NCBI RefSeq assembly: GCF_056746865.1
Contig: NZ_CM163382.1
Length of the DNA: 64,000 nucleotides
Reading direction: 5' to 3' (one strand)
This document shows, piece after piece, positions 18,296 through 27,886 of this stretch. The position numbers and the translations under genes were made by a program. The notes under the pieces are model-generated. The model did no database searches, had not been told where the DNA came from, and saw only the letters and a program-made list of their open reading frames with translations. Numbering within the stretch: position 1 is the first letter of the stretch; each line of letters begins with the position of its first letter.

Positions 18296-18661
18296 ATGAT
18301 TGATGTCTTAGGGCCGGAGAAACGCAGACGGCGTACCACACAGGAAAAGATCGCAATTGTTCAGCAGAGCTTTGAACCGGGGATGACGGTCTCCCTCGTT
18401 GCCCGGCAACATGGTGTAGCAGCCAGCCAGTTATTTCTCTGGCGTAAGCAATACCAGGAAGGAAGTCTTACTGCTGTCGCCGCCGGAGAACAGGTTGTTC
18501 CTGCCTCTGAACTTGCTGCCGCCATGAAGCAGATTAAAGAACTCCAGCGCCTGCTCGGCAAGAAAACGATGGAAAATGAACTCCTCAAAGAAGCCGTTGA
18601 ATATGGACGGGCAAAAAAGTGGATAGCGCACGCGCCCTTATTGCCCGGGGATGGGGAGTAA
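18296..18661 (+). CDS. insC: IS2 transposase OrfA (InsC)
   Basis: [40 protein letters not shown]... matches InsC. Confidence 0.9.
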
Positions 18662-19524
18662 GCTTAGTCAGCCGTTGTCTCCGGGTGTCGCGTGCGCAGT
18701 TGCACGTCATTCTCAGACGAACCGATGACTGGATGGATGGCCGCCGCAGTCGTCACACTGATGATACGGATGTGCTTCTCCGTATACACCATGTTATCGG
18801 AGAGCTGCCCACGTATGGTTATCGTCGGGTATGGGCGCTGCTTCGCAGACAGGCAGAACTTGATGGTATGCCTGCGATCAATGCCAAACGTGTTTACCGG
18901 ATCATGCGCCAGAATGCGCTGTTGCTTGAGCGAAAACCTGCTGTACCGCCATCGAAACGGGCACATACAGGCAGAGTGGCAGTGAAAGAAAGTAATCAGC
19001 GATGGTGCTCTGACGGGTTCGAGTTCCGCTGTGATAACGGAGAAAAACTGCGAGTCACGTTCGCGCAGGACTGCTGTGACCGTGAGGCACTGCACTGGGC
19101 GGTCACTACGGGCGGCTTCAACAGTGAAACAGTACAGGACGTCATGCTGGGAGCGGTGGAACGCCGCTTCGGCAACGAGCTTCCGGCGTCTCCAGTAGAG
19201 TGGCTGACGGATAATGGTTCATGCTACCGGGCTAATGAAACACGGCAGTTTGCCCGGATGTTGGGGCTTGAACCGAAGAGCACGGCGGTGCGGAGTCCGG
19301 AGAGTAACGGCATAGCAGAGAGCTTCGTGAAAACGATAAAGCGTGACTACATCAGTGTCATGCCCAAACCAGACGGGTTAACGGCAGCAAAGAACCTTGC
19401 AGAGGCGTTCGAGCATTATAACGAATGGCATCCGCATAGTGCACTGGGTTATCGCTCGCCACGGGAATATCTACGGCAGCAAGCCAGTAATGGGTTAAGT
19501 GATAACAGGTGTCTGGAAATATAG
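18619..19524 (+). CDS. insD: IS2 transposase OrfB (InsD), DDE domain
   Basis: 301-aa ORF overlapping orfA in -1 frame, typical IS3-family frameshift arrangement. Confidence 0.9.
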
Positions 19525-19879
19525 GGGCAAATCCAGGTGGTTGTTGCTTTCCCGTTGCTGAAAAAGAAAACGCCAGACTGTTAGCCGGGTATCAGTTATC
19601 TGGAGAAATTTTTAAATACCTCACAATTCAGGCGGTTGACTGTTGTCTGGTTTGCGGGGAGTTTGTTAAAAGAAACTGGCATGGTGAATCCCCCTGTGCG
19701 GAGGGGCAATCAGCAACTGGTGTTTTGTCACCGACCCTTATCCTTTCTGTGCGGGTTCAGGTGCTGATACTGAACTCACCGGGAGGCACCCGGCATCATG
19801 CAATGGCACATAGCGCCACTCTCCAGCCCCTCTCCGGAGGGGCTGTTTATATTGATTTTGTCAGATGTGAGTAAACTCC

Positions 19880-20215
19880 TTATGGACTTTGTTGTTTTAG
19901 TCCATAAGGACATATTTGCAGAGTGCAACGGTTATTAAAGCATTCATTCAATACGTTATCTGTATTTGTAGGACATTCCTGGCTGTTTTTGATTAAATTC
20001 CAGAATGTTTTATTGAATGGTACTACGTTGTAAATGGTTAAAGGTAGCACTTTGTTATTGAGCATGATACCTGTGTGAGTCAGTGTAAATATACTTTCAG
20101 GAGGTAAGAAAGCATCCGATTGATACCAGATTATTAATTTTATTTTACTCCATATGACTGAAAAAGATATTCCGCATGATGGCTGGATAACTGTATCAAT
20201 CACAATCCACTTCAT
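19880..20215 (-). CDS. IraM-like anti-adaptor protein paralogue (prophage-borne)
   Basis: 111 aa, [22 protein letters not shown]...ICPYGLK; alignable over full length with the chromosomal iraM at 57426..57749; AT-rich. Confidence 0.7.
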   Translation of the reverse strand: MKWIVIDTVIQPSCGISFSVIWSKIKLIIWYQSDAFLPPESIFTLTHTGIMLNNKVLPLTIYNVVPFNKTFWNLIKNSQECPTNTDNVLNECFNNRCTLQICPYGLKQQSP

Positions 20216-20460
20216 TTAGTTTCCTTGTTTATGTCTTGCTGGTGATGTTCTGAAAAGTATAAATGATATTTTTGAATGTAAACCATAGAGCAGAATTATT
20301 TTTCTGATGTTGTTTATTGTTTATTTAAATGCAGGGTGGTTTATATCTCGTCTTGTAGTTTATCCATGCATATCTGCTTGATGATGAGGTTTTTATTTAA
20401 GGTATGGTTTTGTGTTTTTTCTGTATTACATGTCAGGTATTTTAAAGAATTATTTTTCAG

Positions 20461-22437
20461 ATGGTGGAAAGAACCATGGCATTTAAACACTATGATGTTG
20501 TCAGGGCGGCATCGCCGTCAGACCTTGCGAAACGACTGACACAAAAACTGAAGGAGGGGTGGCAGCCATTTGGCAGTCCGGTGGCCATCACGCCTTATAC
20601 CCTGATGCAGGCCATTGCGGCGGAAGGTGATGTCACCACACCTGTGGTGGTGAAGCCGTCGGATGGAGAAGGCGCAGTTATCAGCACCACCAGCAACCCG
20701 GAGTATTACTTTGTTGTTGCCCTGGCCGGGCAGTCAAACGGTATGGCGTATGGTGAAGGGCTTCCGCTGCCGGAGACATATGACCGTCCGGACCCGCGTA
20801 TTAAACAGCTGGCGCGTCGCAGCACTGTCACGCCGGGTGGTGCGTCCTGTAACTACAATGACATTATTCCTGCGGACCACTGCCTGCATGATGTTCAGGA
20901 TTTGAGTAAGTTTTCACACCCGAAAGCCAGCGCAGCTCAGTATGGATGCGTGGGGCAGGGATTACATATCGCGAAGAAATTGTTGCCGTTTATTCCGGCG
21001 AATGCCGGTATTCTTCTGGTTCCGTGCTGCCGTGGTGGTTCTGCATTTTTGGCGGGCGATGAAGGTACCTTCAGCGAATCCACCGGCGCAAGCGAGACCT
21101 CGGCACGCTGGGGTGTAGATAAGCCACTGTACAAGGACCTGCTTACCCGTACTCAGGCCGCACTGAAGGCCAACCCTAAAAATATTCTGCTTGCAGTGGT
21201 CTGGATGCAGGGCGAGTTTGATTTGAAACAGGGTGCATACGCCACTCAGCCGGGGCTGTTTGATTCCATGGTGGAAAAATATCGTTCTGACCTGTCGGAA
21301 TTCGGAGGTCAGTGTCTCGGGGGCTCTCCGTCATCAGTTCCCTGGATTTGTGGCGACACGACCTACTACTGGAAGCAGACTTATTCTTCGCAATACGATG
21401 CGGTGTATGGTGCATACAAGACGAAATCCGCAAAAAAAATCTTCTTTGTGCCGTTTATGACGGATGAAAACGGGCGAAATGTGGGTACCAACGAGCCGTC
21501 AGAAGATCCGGATGTTGCGGATATTGGGTATTACGGAGCCGGTGGTCGAACGGACGCCAAAACCTGGACGACGGCTGACCGTAAAACGCATTTTGGATCA
21601 TGGGCACGTCGTGGGATTATTTCCGACCGTCTGGCAACGGCGATTCTTGTGCATGCCGGGAGAAACGCTGAATTCATTACCGGAAAACAGCCTGATACGG
21701 TGAAGCCCACCGGACCTTCCGGTGAAGGTACGGAGAGAGAGCCGGGAGCCCCGGTCAGTAACCGAACCCTGATGAGTCTGCTGGCGTCCGGCGAAGACCT
21801 GGCATCACAGGGCTGGCGCTATTATCACAAACCGGCGAGCGGAGACAATGTTAACAAAAACATTGCTGAAGCGGTGGTCAGTGATGCGGGGGCTACGGGA
21901 GGTAAGGCCCTGCAACTGAATAAACCGGAAAACCACATCTGGTTTCTGGAGCATGATGCAGCCGGACAGGGAGTGGAGTTACTGAAGAAGGGGGGACGTG
22001 TGAGCGTACGGTTTAAGTTGCCGGGTTCACTGGTGCCGAATCAGTTTGCCCTGGGCATTTACTGGCAGTTGTCGTCCCTGCCGGAGGGAGTGACGCTGGC
22101 AGAGGAAGGCAACGACATGCTGATGTCCTTCTTTCTGCAGACGGATGCGACGAACCTGAACGCGATGCACCACAAGAAGCCGAATGCGAAGCTGGAAACG
22201 TTCGGGGTCTTTGATAACGGATGGCACACACTGGCTTTTGAGTTTGCCGGAAACAACAGCATTCAGGTGACGCCGGTACTGGATGAGAAACGGGGGACGC
22301 CGTTCACACTGGTGAAATCTCCGGCATCAGGGGCGGCGGACAAACTGCAACTGACAGGCATATCAAAGGCGGCGACATATACGCTGCTGATTGACAGTGT
22401 GAAGGTGGAAGTGAACAACGCGGACATCGCGGCATGA
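20461..22437 (+). CDS. nanS-p: NanS-p-type prophage sialate O-acetylesterase (SGNH hydrolase)
   Basis: 658 aa; N-terminal MAFKHYDVV (DUF1737-like), GQSN catalytic block; typical position downstream of Q in EHEC-type lambdoid prophages; likely start ATG 20476. Confidence 0.75.
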   Translation: MVERTMAFKHYDVVRAASPSDLAKRLTQKLKEGWQPFGSPVAITPYTLMQAIAAEGDVTTPVVVKPSDGEGAVISTTSNPEYYFVVALAGQSNGMAYGEGLPLPETYDRPDPRIKQLARRSTVTPGGASCNYNDIIPADHCLHDVQDLSKFSHPKASAAQYGCVGQGLHIAKKLLPFIPANAGILLVPCCRGGSAFLAGDEGTFSESTGASETSARWGVDKPLYKDLLTRTQAALKANPKNILLAVVWMQGEFDLKQGAYATQPGLFDSMVEKYRSDLSEFGGQCLGGSPSSVPWICGDTTYYWKQTYSSQYDAVYGAYKTKSAKKIFFVPFMTDENGRNVGTNEPSEDPDVADIGYYGAGGRTDAKTWTTADRKTHFGSWARRGIISDRLATAILVHAGRNAEFITGKQPDTVKPTGPSGEGTEREPGAPVSNRTLMSLLASGEDLASQGWRYYHKPASGDNVNKNIAEAVVSDAGATGGKALQLNKPENHIWFLEHDAAGQGVELLKKGGRVSVRFKLPGSLVPNQFALGIYWQLSSLPEGVTLAEEGNDMLMSFFLQTDATNLNAMHHKKPNAKLETFGVFDNGWHTLAFEFAGNNSIQVTPVLDEKRGTPFTLVKSPASGAADKLQLTGISKAATYTLLIDSVKVEVNNADIAA

Positions 22438-22793
22438 TAAAAAAAGCCGCCAGCGGCAGGAATGGAAGCTGGCGGAGGTAATCCCAATGGAGAATGTAAA
22501 GAAAAGATGCTTTCGACATCAATCATTTCTAAATGAAAACAGTTCTCATTGTCAACCATAACGGTAAGAAATTATGACATTTATTCATCAGGTAATGCTG
22601 TACTTCTGTATGGCAGTTTGTGTTATGTATCTTCTTTCGGGTGGGTACAGGGCAGTGCGCGATTTCTGGCGCAGGCAGATTGATAAAAGGGCCGCTGAGA
22701 GAATCAGCGCCAGTCAGTCAGCCGGAAGCAAACCCGAAGATCCGCTCATTCCGTAGTCACTTTCTTGACAACACCTTTCAACGAGAAAATCCC

Positions 22794-23039
22794 ATGTCAG
22801 AAATCACATCCCTGGTCACTGCTGAGGCAGTGAAGGAAGTCCTGCGCTCTGAAGAAGTCCTGAGCGCACTGAAACAGAAACTCCGCCAGAACCTTGAGTC
22901 GCGTCTTGATGCAGAAGTGGATGCCATTCTGGATGAGCTGCTGGGCGTACCAGCGGTTCCGGAGCCGGAAGGTATCGCGGGTGACGGGAGTGCTTCAGAT
23001 GGCGGTGAACCCACACCTGACAGCGACATGATGATGTAA
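22794..23039 (+). CDS. Hypothetical acidic protein (81 aa)
   Basis: Internal Met [13 protein letters not shown]... of track ORF 22620..23039; between nanS-p and holin. Confidence 0.4.
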   Translation: MSEITSLVTAEAVKEVLRSEEVLSALKQKLRQNLESRLDAEVDAILDELLGVPAVPEPEGIAGDGSASDGGEPTPDSDMMM

Positions 23040-23115
23040 GCCTGCGCAAGGGACCATCGGTGTGTGCCGGTGGTCTTTATATTGTTGTGAGCTTCCGGAT
23101 AACGGGAGACGGGGT

Positions 23116-23331
23116 ATGTACCAGATGGAAAAAATCACAACAGGTGTGTCATACACCACGTCAGCGGTGGGAACGGGCTACTGGTTCCTGCAGTTGCTGG
23201 ACAGGGTTTCCCCGTCTCAGTGGGCGGCAATAGGCGTGCTGGGGAGTCTGCTGTTTGGGCTGCTGACGTACCTGACTAACCTGTATTTCAAAATCAAAGA
23301 GGACCGGCGTAAGGCGGCGCGGGGAGAGTAA
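23116..23331 (+). CDS. S: Holin S (lambdoid, 933W/phage-21 type)
   Basis: 71 aa [28 protein letters not shown]...; TM segments; charged C-terminus. Confidence 0.85.
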   Translation: MYQMEKITTGVSYTTSAVGTGYWFLQLLDRVSPSQWAAIGVLGSLLFGLLTYLTNLYFKIKEDRRKAARGE

Positions 23332-23332
23332 A

Positions 23333-24226
23333 GTGATGAATAAAAAATATGAACTGGTTGTTAAGGGGATAAATAATTACGGGGATAAGGTTACTGTTAC
23401 TGTGAAGCCGGAAGGTGACGGGCAAGCGTCGCTGTTGTTGCCAGATGTGGCGATTAGTCTTGACCGTACTGAAGGTGCCACGCTGGAGTTTTACGAAGCT
23501 GAGGCGAAAAAGCAGGCGAAGCAGTTTTTCATGGATGTTGCTGCCGGGTTATGTGAATGGAACGAACCGTTGCCGGAAAAGCGCCCCGTAATTTTAGAGG
23601 CGCAGGATGTGTTGATAACCTACAAAGGAAAGCTACCGGGAAGAATTACTTGTTCTCTGAAGATGCCGCCGTCAACACTGCGGTCAGAAAAAGATGATGT
23701 TGAATCACGTATTGAAAAACTGGAGAGCTACGTCGTTGAGCTGAATAAGAAATGGTCGATATTGGTGCCTTCTGGCGATGAAAAGCAGTTTGCTGCGTTT
23801 GACGATTATTGTCGGAAAGTGATGAGCAGAAATCTCGCAGAGTGTTTCAGTATTCATAATGATAATTTCAGTGACCCGGAATGGGAGTGTAACCGGCCAT
23901 CCTTTGTTGTATCCGGTGATGCTGGGAAAATAACCATCTCAGAAAATGGGAAAGTAACACCTCCATCGCACCAGCACAGTGAGGAGCTCATTGAATTTGC
24001 CATTGATTACCTGAAGAACAATAAAAAGCAGGGGCTGATGAAGCGCGTTGGCCGTTGCATGGGATATCTTCAGGTAGCCGCTGAGATTGAAGCGCTGGCC
24101 AGTGGTGCTGATAAGGATGCAATTGTGCGGGAGGCTCTTCTTCGTGATTTTAATACTCCACCCTTTAAAAAAGTGCCGGCTTACTGGCTTCATCCGGGGC
24201 TGACTTATCTTAAAGTGCGTATTTAG
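23333..24226 (+). CDS. Unknown 297-aa protein inserted between holin and endolysin
   Basis: ORF begins 2 nt after holin stop (GTG 23333 / ATG 23336); no TM, no signal peptide, no motif recognised. Confidence 0.6.
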   Translation: MMNKKYELVVKGINNYGDKVTVTVKPEGDGQASLLLPDVAISLDRTEGATLEFYEAEAKKQAKQFFMDVAAGLCEWNEPLPEKRPVILEAQDVLITYKGKLPGRITCSLKMPPSTLRSEKDDVESRIEKLESYVVELNKKWSILVPSGDEKQFAAFDDYCRKVMSRNLAECFSIHNDNFSDPEWECNRPSFVVSGDAGKITISENGKVTPPSHQHSEELIEFAIDYLKNNKKQGLMKRVGRCMGYLQVAAEIEALASGADKDAIVREALLRDFNTPPFKKVPAYWLHPGLTYLKVRI

Positions 24227-24262
24227 TGGGCCAGGGACAGCGGCTGAATATTTAATATATCC

Positions 24263-24796
24263 ATGAACACCAAAATCAAATACGGCCTGTCGGCTGCCGT
24301 TCTGGCGCTGATTGCCGCTGGTGCGCCTGCGCCTGACATTCTCGACCAGTTTCTGGATGAAAAGGAAGGCAACCACACCACGGCATACCGTGATGGTGCA
24401 GGTATCTGGACCATCTGCCGTGGTGCCATCATGGTGGATGGCAAACCTGTCGTTCCGGGCATGAAGTTGTCGAAGGAAAAATGCGACCAGGTTAACGCCA
24501 TTGAGCGTGATAAAGCGCTGGCGTGGGTGGAGAAAAACATCAGAGTGCCGCTGACCGAACCCCAGAAAGCGGGGATCGCGTCATTCTGTCCGTACAACAT
24601 TGGTCCCGGTAAGTGTTTCCCGTCGACGTTTTACAGACGAATTAATGCAGGTGATCGAAAAGGTGCCTGCGAAGCGATTCGCTGGTGGATTAAGGACGGT
24701 GGCAGAGACTGCCGTATTCGTTCAAACAACTGTTACGGTCAGGTATCCCGTCGTGACCAGGAGAGCGCGCTGGCGTGCTGGGGTATCGACAGATAA
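24263..24796 (+). CDS. R: Endolysin R, lysozyme with N-terminal SAR (signal-anchor-release) segment
   Basis: 177 aa; YGLSAAVLALIAAGAPAPDIL SAR segment; EGNHTTAYRDGAGIWTICRG lysozyme catalytic region. Confidence 0.9.
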   Translation: MNTKIKYGLSAAVLALIAAGAPAPDILDQFLDEKEGNHTTAYRDGAGIWTICRGAIMVDGKPVVPGMKLSKEKCDQVNAIERDKALAWVEKNIRVPLTEPQKAGIASFCPYNIGPGKCFPSTFYRRINAGDRKGACEAIRWWIKDGGRDCRIRSNNCYGQVSRRDQESALACWGIDR

Positions 24797-24919
24797 GCAG
24801 AATATTTTGCTGAAAAATGAGGAATGGCCACGCGGGCGGATAACACGAAATCCTGCGAACTGGCGAAACGTAAGTGAATAAAAGTAAAAACCCCGTTTGT
24901 TGGCACCAAGCGAGGTTTT

Positions 24920-25135
24920 GTGTTTCTGACCTTGAGTAAGGCAAGGGAGAACATGGCGAAGTGTAAACGAATTCTGTTGAGGTTGACTATGAAAAATGGC
25001 CTTGAACTGAAAGCGCCTGTAACTGATGACATCAGCAGAGCACTGGCTTTTGCCATTAAGTGGGTGGCGGTCGGTGTTGCTGTGTCCCCGATGCTGTATG
25101 GGCTGGCAAAACTGGTCATTGCGTTGAAATCGTGA
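24920..25135 (+). CDS. Hypothetical protein between R and Rz
   Basis: 71-aa ORF; C-terminal hydrophobic segment. Confidence 0.35.
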   Translation: MFLTLSKARENMAKCKRILLRLTMKNGLELKAPVTDDISRALAFAIKWVAVGVAVSPMLYGLAKLVIALKS

Positions 25136-25149
25136 AGGGAGGATTAAGC

Positions 25150-25281
25150 ATGTCAGACAAACTCATAACGCTGGCGAAGATCCTCTGTGTAATTGTCGGC
25201 ATTTCATTTTCACTAATGCTGGTTGCTCTTTTTCTTTCCATGGCCTGGATGATGTTGTCTTCGTCGGGGTTGCTGGGGTGA
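25150..25281 (+). CDS. Small membrane protein (43 aa), hypothetical
   Basis: [51 protein letters not shown]. Confidence 0.3.
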   Translation: MSDKLITLAKILCVIVGISFSLMLVALFLSMAWMMLSSSGLLG

Positions 25282-25751
25282 ACATAAACCGAATGCTTTC
25301 CGCGTTTATCGTTATTCTGCTGGTGGCCTGTGGTGCGCTGTGGATGGCAACAGACCATTACCGTGATAACGCGATTACCTACAAAGCGCAGCGCGATAAC
25401 AAAGCCAGTGAACTGAAGCTGGCGAACGCAACCATTACTGATATGCAGGTGCGCCAGCGCGATGTTGCTGCGCTCGATGCAAAATACTCGAGGGAATTAG
25501 CCGATGCGAGAGCTGAAAATGAAACTCTTCGCGCTGACGTTGCCGCTGGTCGTAAGCGCCTGCGGATCAACGCCACCTGTCCAGGCTCCGTGCGTGAAGC
25601 CCCCACCACCTCCGGCGTGGATAATGCAACCGGCCCCCAACTGGCAGACACCGTTACACGGGATTATTTCACCCTCAGAGAGCGGCTGATGACGATGCAC
25701 AAGCAACTGGAAGGGGCACAGGACTATATCCGCACTCAGTGCCTGAAATAA
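25278..25751 (+). CDS. Rz: Spanin inner-membrane subunit Rz
   Basis: 157 aa; N-terminal TM; coiled-coil periplasmic region; embedded Rz1. Confidence 0.85.
   Translation: MNINRMLSAFIVILLVACGALWMATDHYRDNAITYKAQRDNKASELKLANATITDMQVRQRDVAALDAKYSRELADARAENETLRADVAAGRKRLRINATCPGSVREAPTTSGVDNATGPQLADTVTRDYFTLRERLMTMHKQLEGAQDYIRTQCLK
25519..25689 (+). CDS. Rz1: Spanin outer-membrane lipoprotein Rz1 (embedded in Rz, +1 frame)
   Basis: [15 protein letters not shown] lipobox, proline-rich mature peptide. Confidence 0.75.
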   Translation: MKLFALTLPLVVSACGSTPPVQAPCVKPPPPPAWIMQPAPNWQTPLHGIISPSESG

Positions 25752-26061
25752 GTTTTGTTGATGCGCCGTATCGTCGCTATATTCCCTCATTAACAGAGAC
25801 CGCAGCCCGACAGGGAGACTCCTCTGCGCGAGTGTGCGGGGATAATTAAAAACGATGCACACCGGGTTTTTACCGCGTTAATGATTCGCGGGTTTATCCC
25901 GGTGCGATGGTGGAAGAAACAGGAAGCTGTATTACAGAAAGTGCTACTACTGTATCCCGATGCGATGTATGTAATGTGAGTCAGATAATGGCACAGGATG
26001 TGGTGATGTGGCAGTCTGGAACACAGGATATATTGTCAGAATAAGACCCGTAGGAATAAAA

Positions 26062-26388
26062 ATGAAAAGACGCCTTTTACTACTTTTTCTGTTATCTGTC
26101 CTGGCAGTGGGATGCTCGCAGCAAAAAGCTGATGAGCCCCGGCAATTAGTGACGGTGTATCCACGATATCCGGAATATGCTGCAGCAAATTATATCAAGG
26201 GGCTGGTTGAGGTTAAGTTCGATATTGGTGCTGATGGGACTGTGACACGGATCGTTTTTCTCCGCTCAGAGCCTCATAATTTGTTTCGTGATGAAGTGGT
26301 GAAGGCCATGGCGAAATGGCGATTTGAAAAGAATCGCCCCTGTCAGGGAGTGAAGAGACAATTTATCTTTACGCCGTCACGTCCTTGA
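26062..26388 (+). CDS. Lipoprotein with TonB C-terminal-like domain
   Basis: MKRRLLLLFLLSVLAVGCSQQ lipobox; YPRYPEYAAANYIKGLVEVKFDIGADGTV resembles TonB_C. Confidence 0.55.
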   Translation: MKRRLLLLFLLSVLAVGCSQQKADEPRQLVTVYPRYPEYAAANYIKGLVEVKFDIGADGTVTRIVFLRSEPHNLFRDEVVKAMAKWRFEKNRPCQGVKRQFIFTPSRP

Positions 26389-26510
26389 TGCTTCCAGGTA
26401 GAGAGGGGCTGGACGCAGGAGAAAAATGAAAGAGCCAGCGGTTATATTTTTGTCATGGCTGACGAGGAATGATGGAAGAAGGCGTTGTATGCCACACAAC
26501 GCCTCACTGT

Positions 26511-27003
26511 TCATTTCTTCTTTTTCTCTGGTGGAACCCGATGAATAAGAGTTGCACTGGTTTCCGATGAGATGGCGATATACTCGGGCAAAGTATGCTG
26601 GCAGTTTTCCAACTGGTCAAAAATACCTGCTCTCGTCTGTTGCAATGCCTGCAGCATGCGGCGGCAATGCGCCTTGCTTTTACTAACCATCTTTCCTTCC
26701 TCTATCAGTCGCTGCGTGAACTCATCATGTAATACCAGGTAAATGCGGATGTTATCGGTTTTGGCTACGCAGCATAGTACAAAACGGACAGGGGCATCCC
26801 GGGACGGGGGAGGCGTCACATGTCCCTGTGATGGTTGTTCCGGGTAATGCACTGTGTGGGGCATAAAAATGTCCGATAATTTTACTTTCTACCGCAGTTA
26901 GTTGATTCGTTGGTCCTGGTAGCACATTGGGCGAGGATTTAAATGCCAGGCAACTGAAGGATGATGTTGCAAGGGAGATAGCGAGAATATTTCTGATTTT
27001 CAT
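26511..27003 (-). pseudogene. Possible frameshifted secreted-protein gene (two overlapping minus-strand ORFs)
   Basis: Track ORFs 26752..27072 (signal peptide MKIRNILAISLATSSFSCLA) and 26511..26864 overlap in different frames. Confidence 0.3.
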
Positions 27004-27151
27004 TTGATGATGCCTCTGTGTGAAATGACGGTAAACGACGCACTTGTGCCGGCACATAATAGCAAGCACCATAATAGATCAGATTCGATTCTTGCTGTAA
27101 GTGATAATTATTCTCGTTTTCGGGTCCTTTCCGTCGATCCAACAGGTTACG

Positions 27152-27163
27152 GGGCGGCGACCT
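27152..27163. other. cos: cosN cohesive-end site (GGGCGGCGACCT)
   Basis: ACGGGGCGGCGACCTCGCGCGTTTTCGCTATTTATGA matches lambda cos as recalled; about 220 bp upstream of Nu1. Confidence 0.7.
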
Positions 27164-27379
27164 CGCGCGTTTTCGCTATTTATGAGATTTTTTGAGGGGG
27201 TGGTTGTTGTTTAATTGTTTGGTATATCTACTTGATAAGTAAGGTGAAAATAAAATAAATACAACAACCTTACGATGTATTTTGATGTCATTAATGTGAA
27301 AAAATTCAATGATATCAAATGGTTTTGTAAAAACACATGGTTGTTGTATCGCTTTTTATCGATGACTTATGGAGAGGAG

Positions 27380-27886
27380 ATGGCCTTTTTATTGAATAAA
27401 AGTGATATGGCCTCCTCCATTGGTATCTCTGTTCAGGCATTTGATAAATGGGGCGTTCCTCCTGTTGAGCGTCGGGGTAGGGAGGTTTTTTATGACGTTA
27501 AAACTGTACTGGAGATAGATCGCGAGCGGCGACAATACAATCAGAGAACACCTGATGACGGGGGCGATCTGGAGGAAAGACTGCTTCGGGCCAGAGCTGA
27601 ACTGACAGAAGAACAGGCTGTAGCTCAAAAACTTAAAAATCAGGTAACCGAAGGTAAGCTCATCGATTCAGACTTCTGCGTTTTCGCCCTCAGCAAACTG
27701 GCGATGGCATTGTCCAGTACGCTTGATTCCATTCCGTTATCCATGCAGCGACAGTTCCCGGATTTAACGCCACGTCATATTGACCATCTGAAAACCCTTA
27801 TTGCAAAGGGCGCAAATCAGTGTGCGCGGGCGGGGGATAAATTACCGGATTTACTCGATGAATATATCAGAGCAACAACTGAATAA
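27380..27886 (+). CDS. nu1: Terminase small subunit (Nu1-like)
   Basis: Alignable with lambda Nu1 (FALSKLA...LDSIPLSMQRQFPDL); start ATG 27380 with GGAGAGGAG RBS. Confidence 0.8.
   Translation: MAFLLNKSDMASSIGISVQAFDKWGVPPVERRGREVFYDVKTVLEIDRERRQYNQRTPDDGGDLEERLLRARAELTEEQAVAQKLKNQVTEGKLIDSDFCVFALSKLAMALSSTLDSIPLSMQRQFPDLTPRHIDHLKTLIAKGANQCARAGDKLPDLLDEYIRATTE

Larger units (their letters stand above)
18205..19535 (+). mobile_element. IS2: IS2 insertion sequence (IS3 family), intact, with 5-bp target duplication GGTGG
   Basis: 1331 bp from TAGACTGGCCCCCTGAATCTCCAGACAACC to ATAGGGGCAAATCCA; flanked by GGTGG at 18200..18204 and 19536..19540. Confidence 0.95.

Noticed and set aside
17740-19880. 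Shiga toxin genes or tRNA genes downstream of Q/tR'
   Set aside because: No ORFs resembling StxA (about 315 aa) or StxB (about 89 aa), and no tRNA-like cloverleaf sequences noticed; the interval holds IS2 and small unassigned ORFs.
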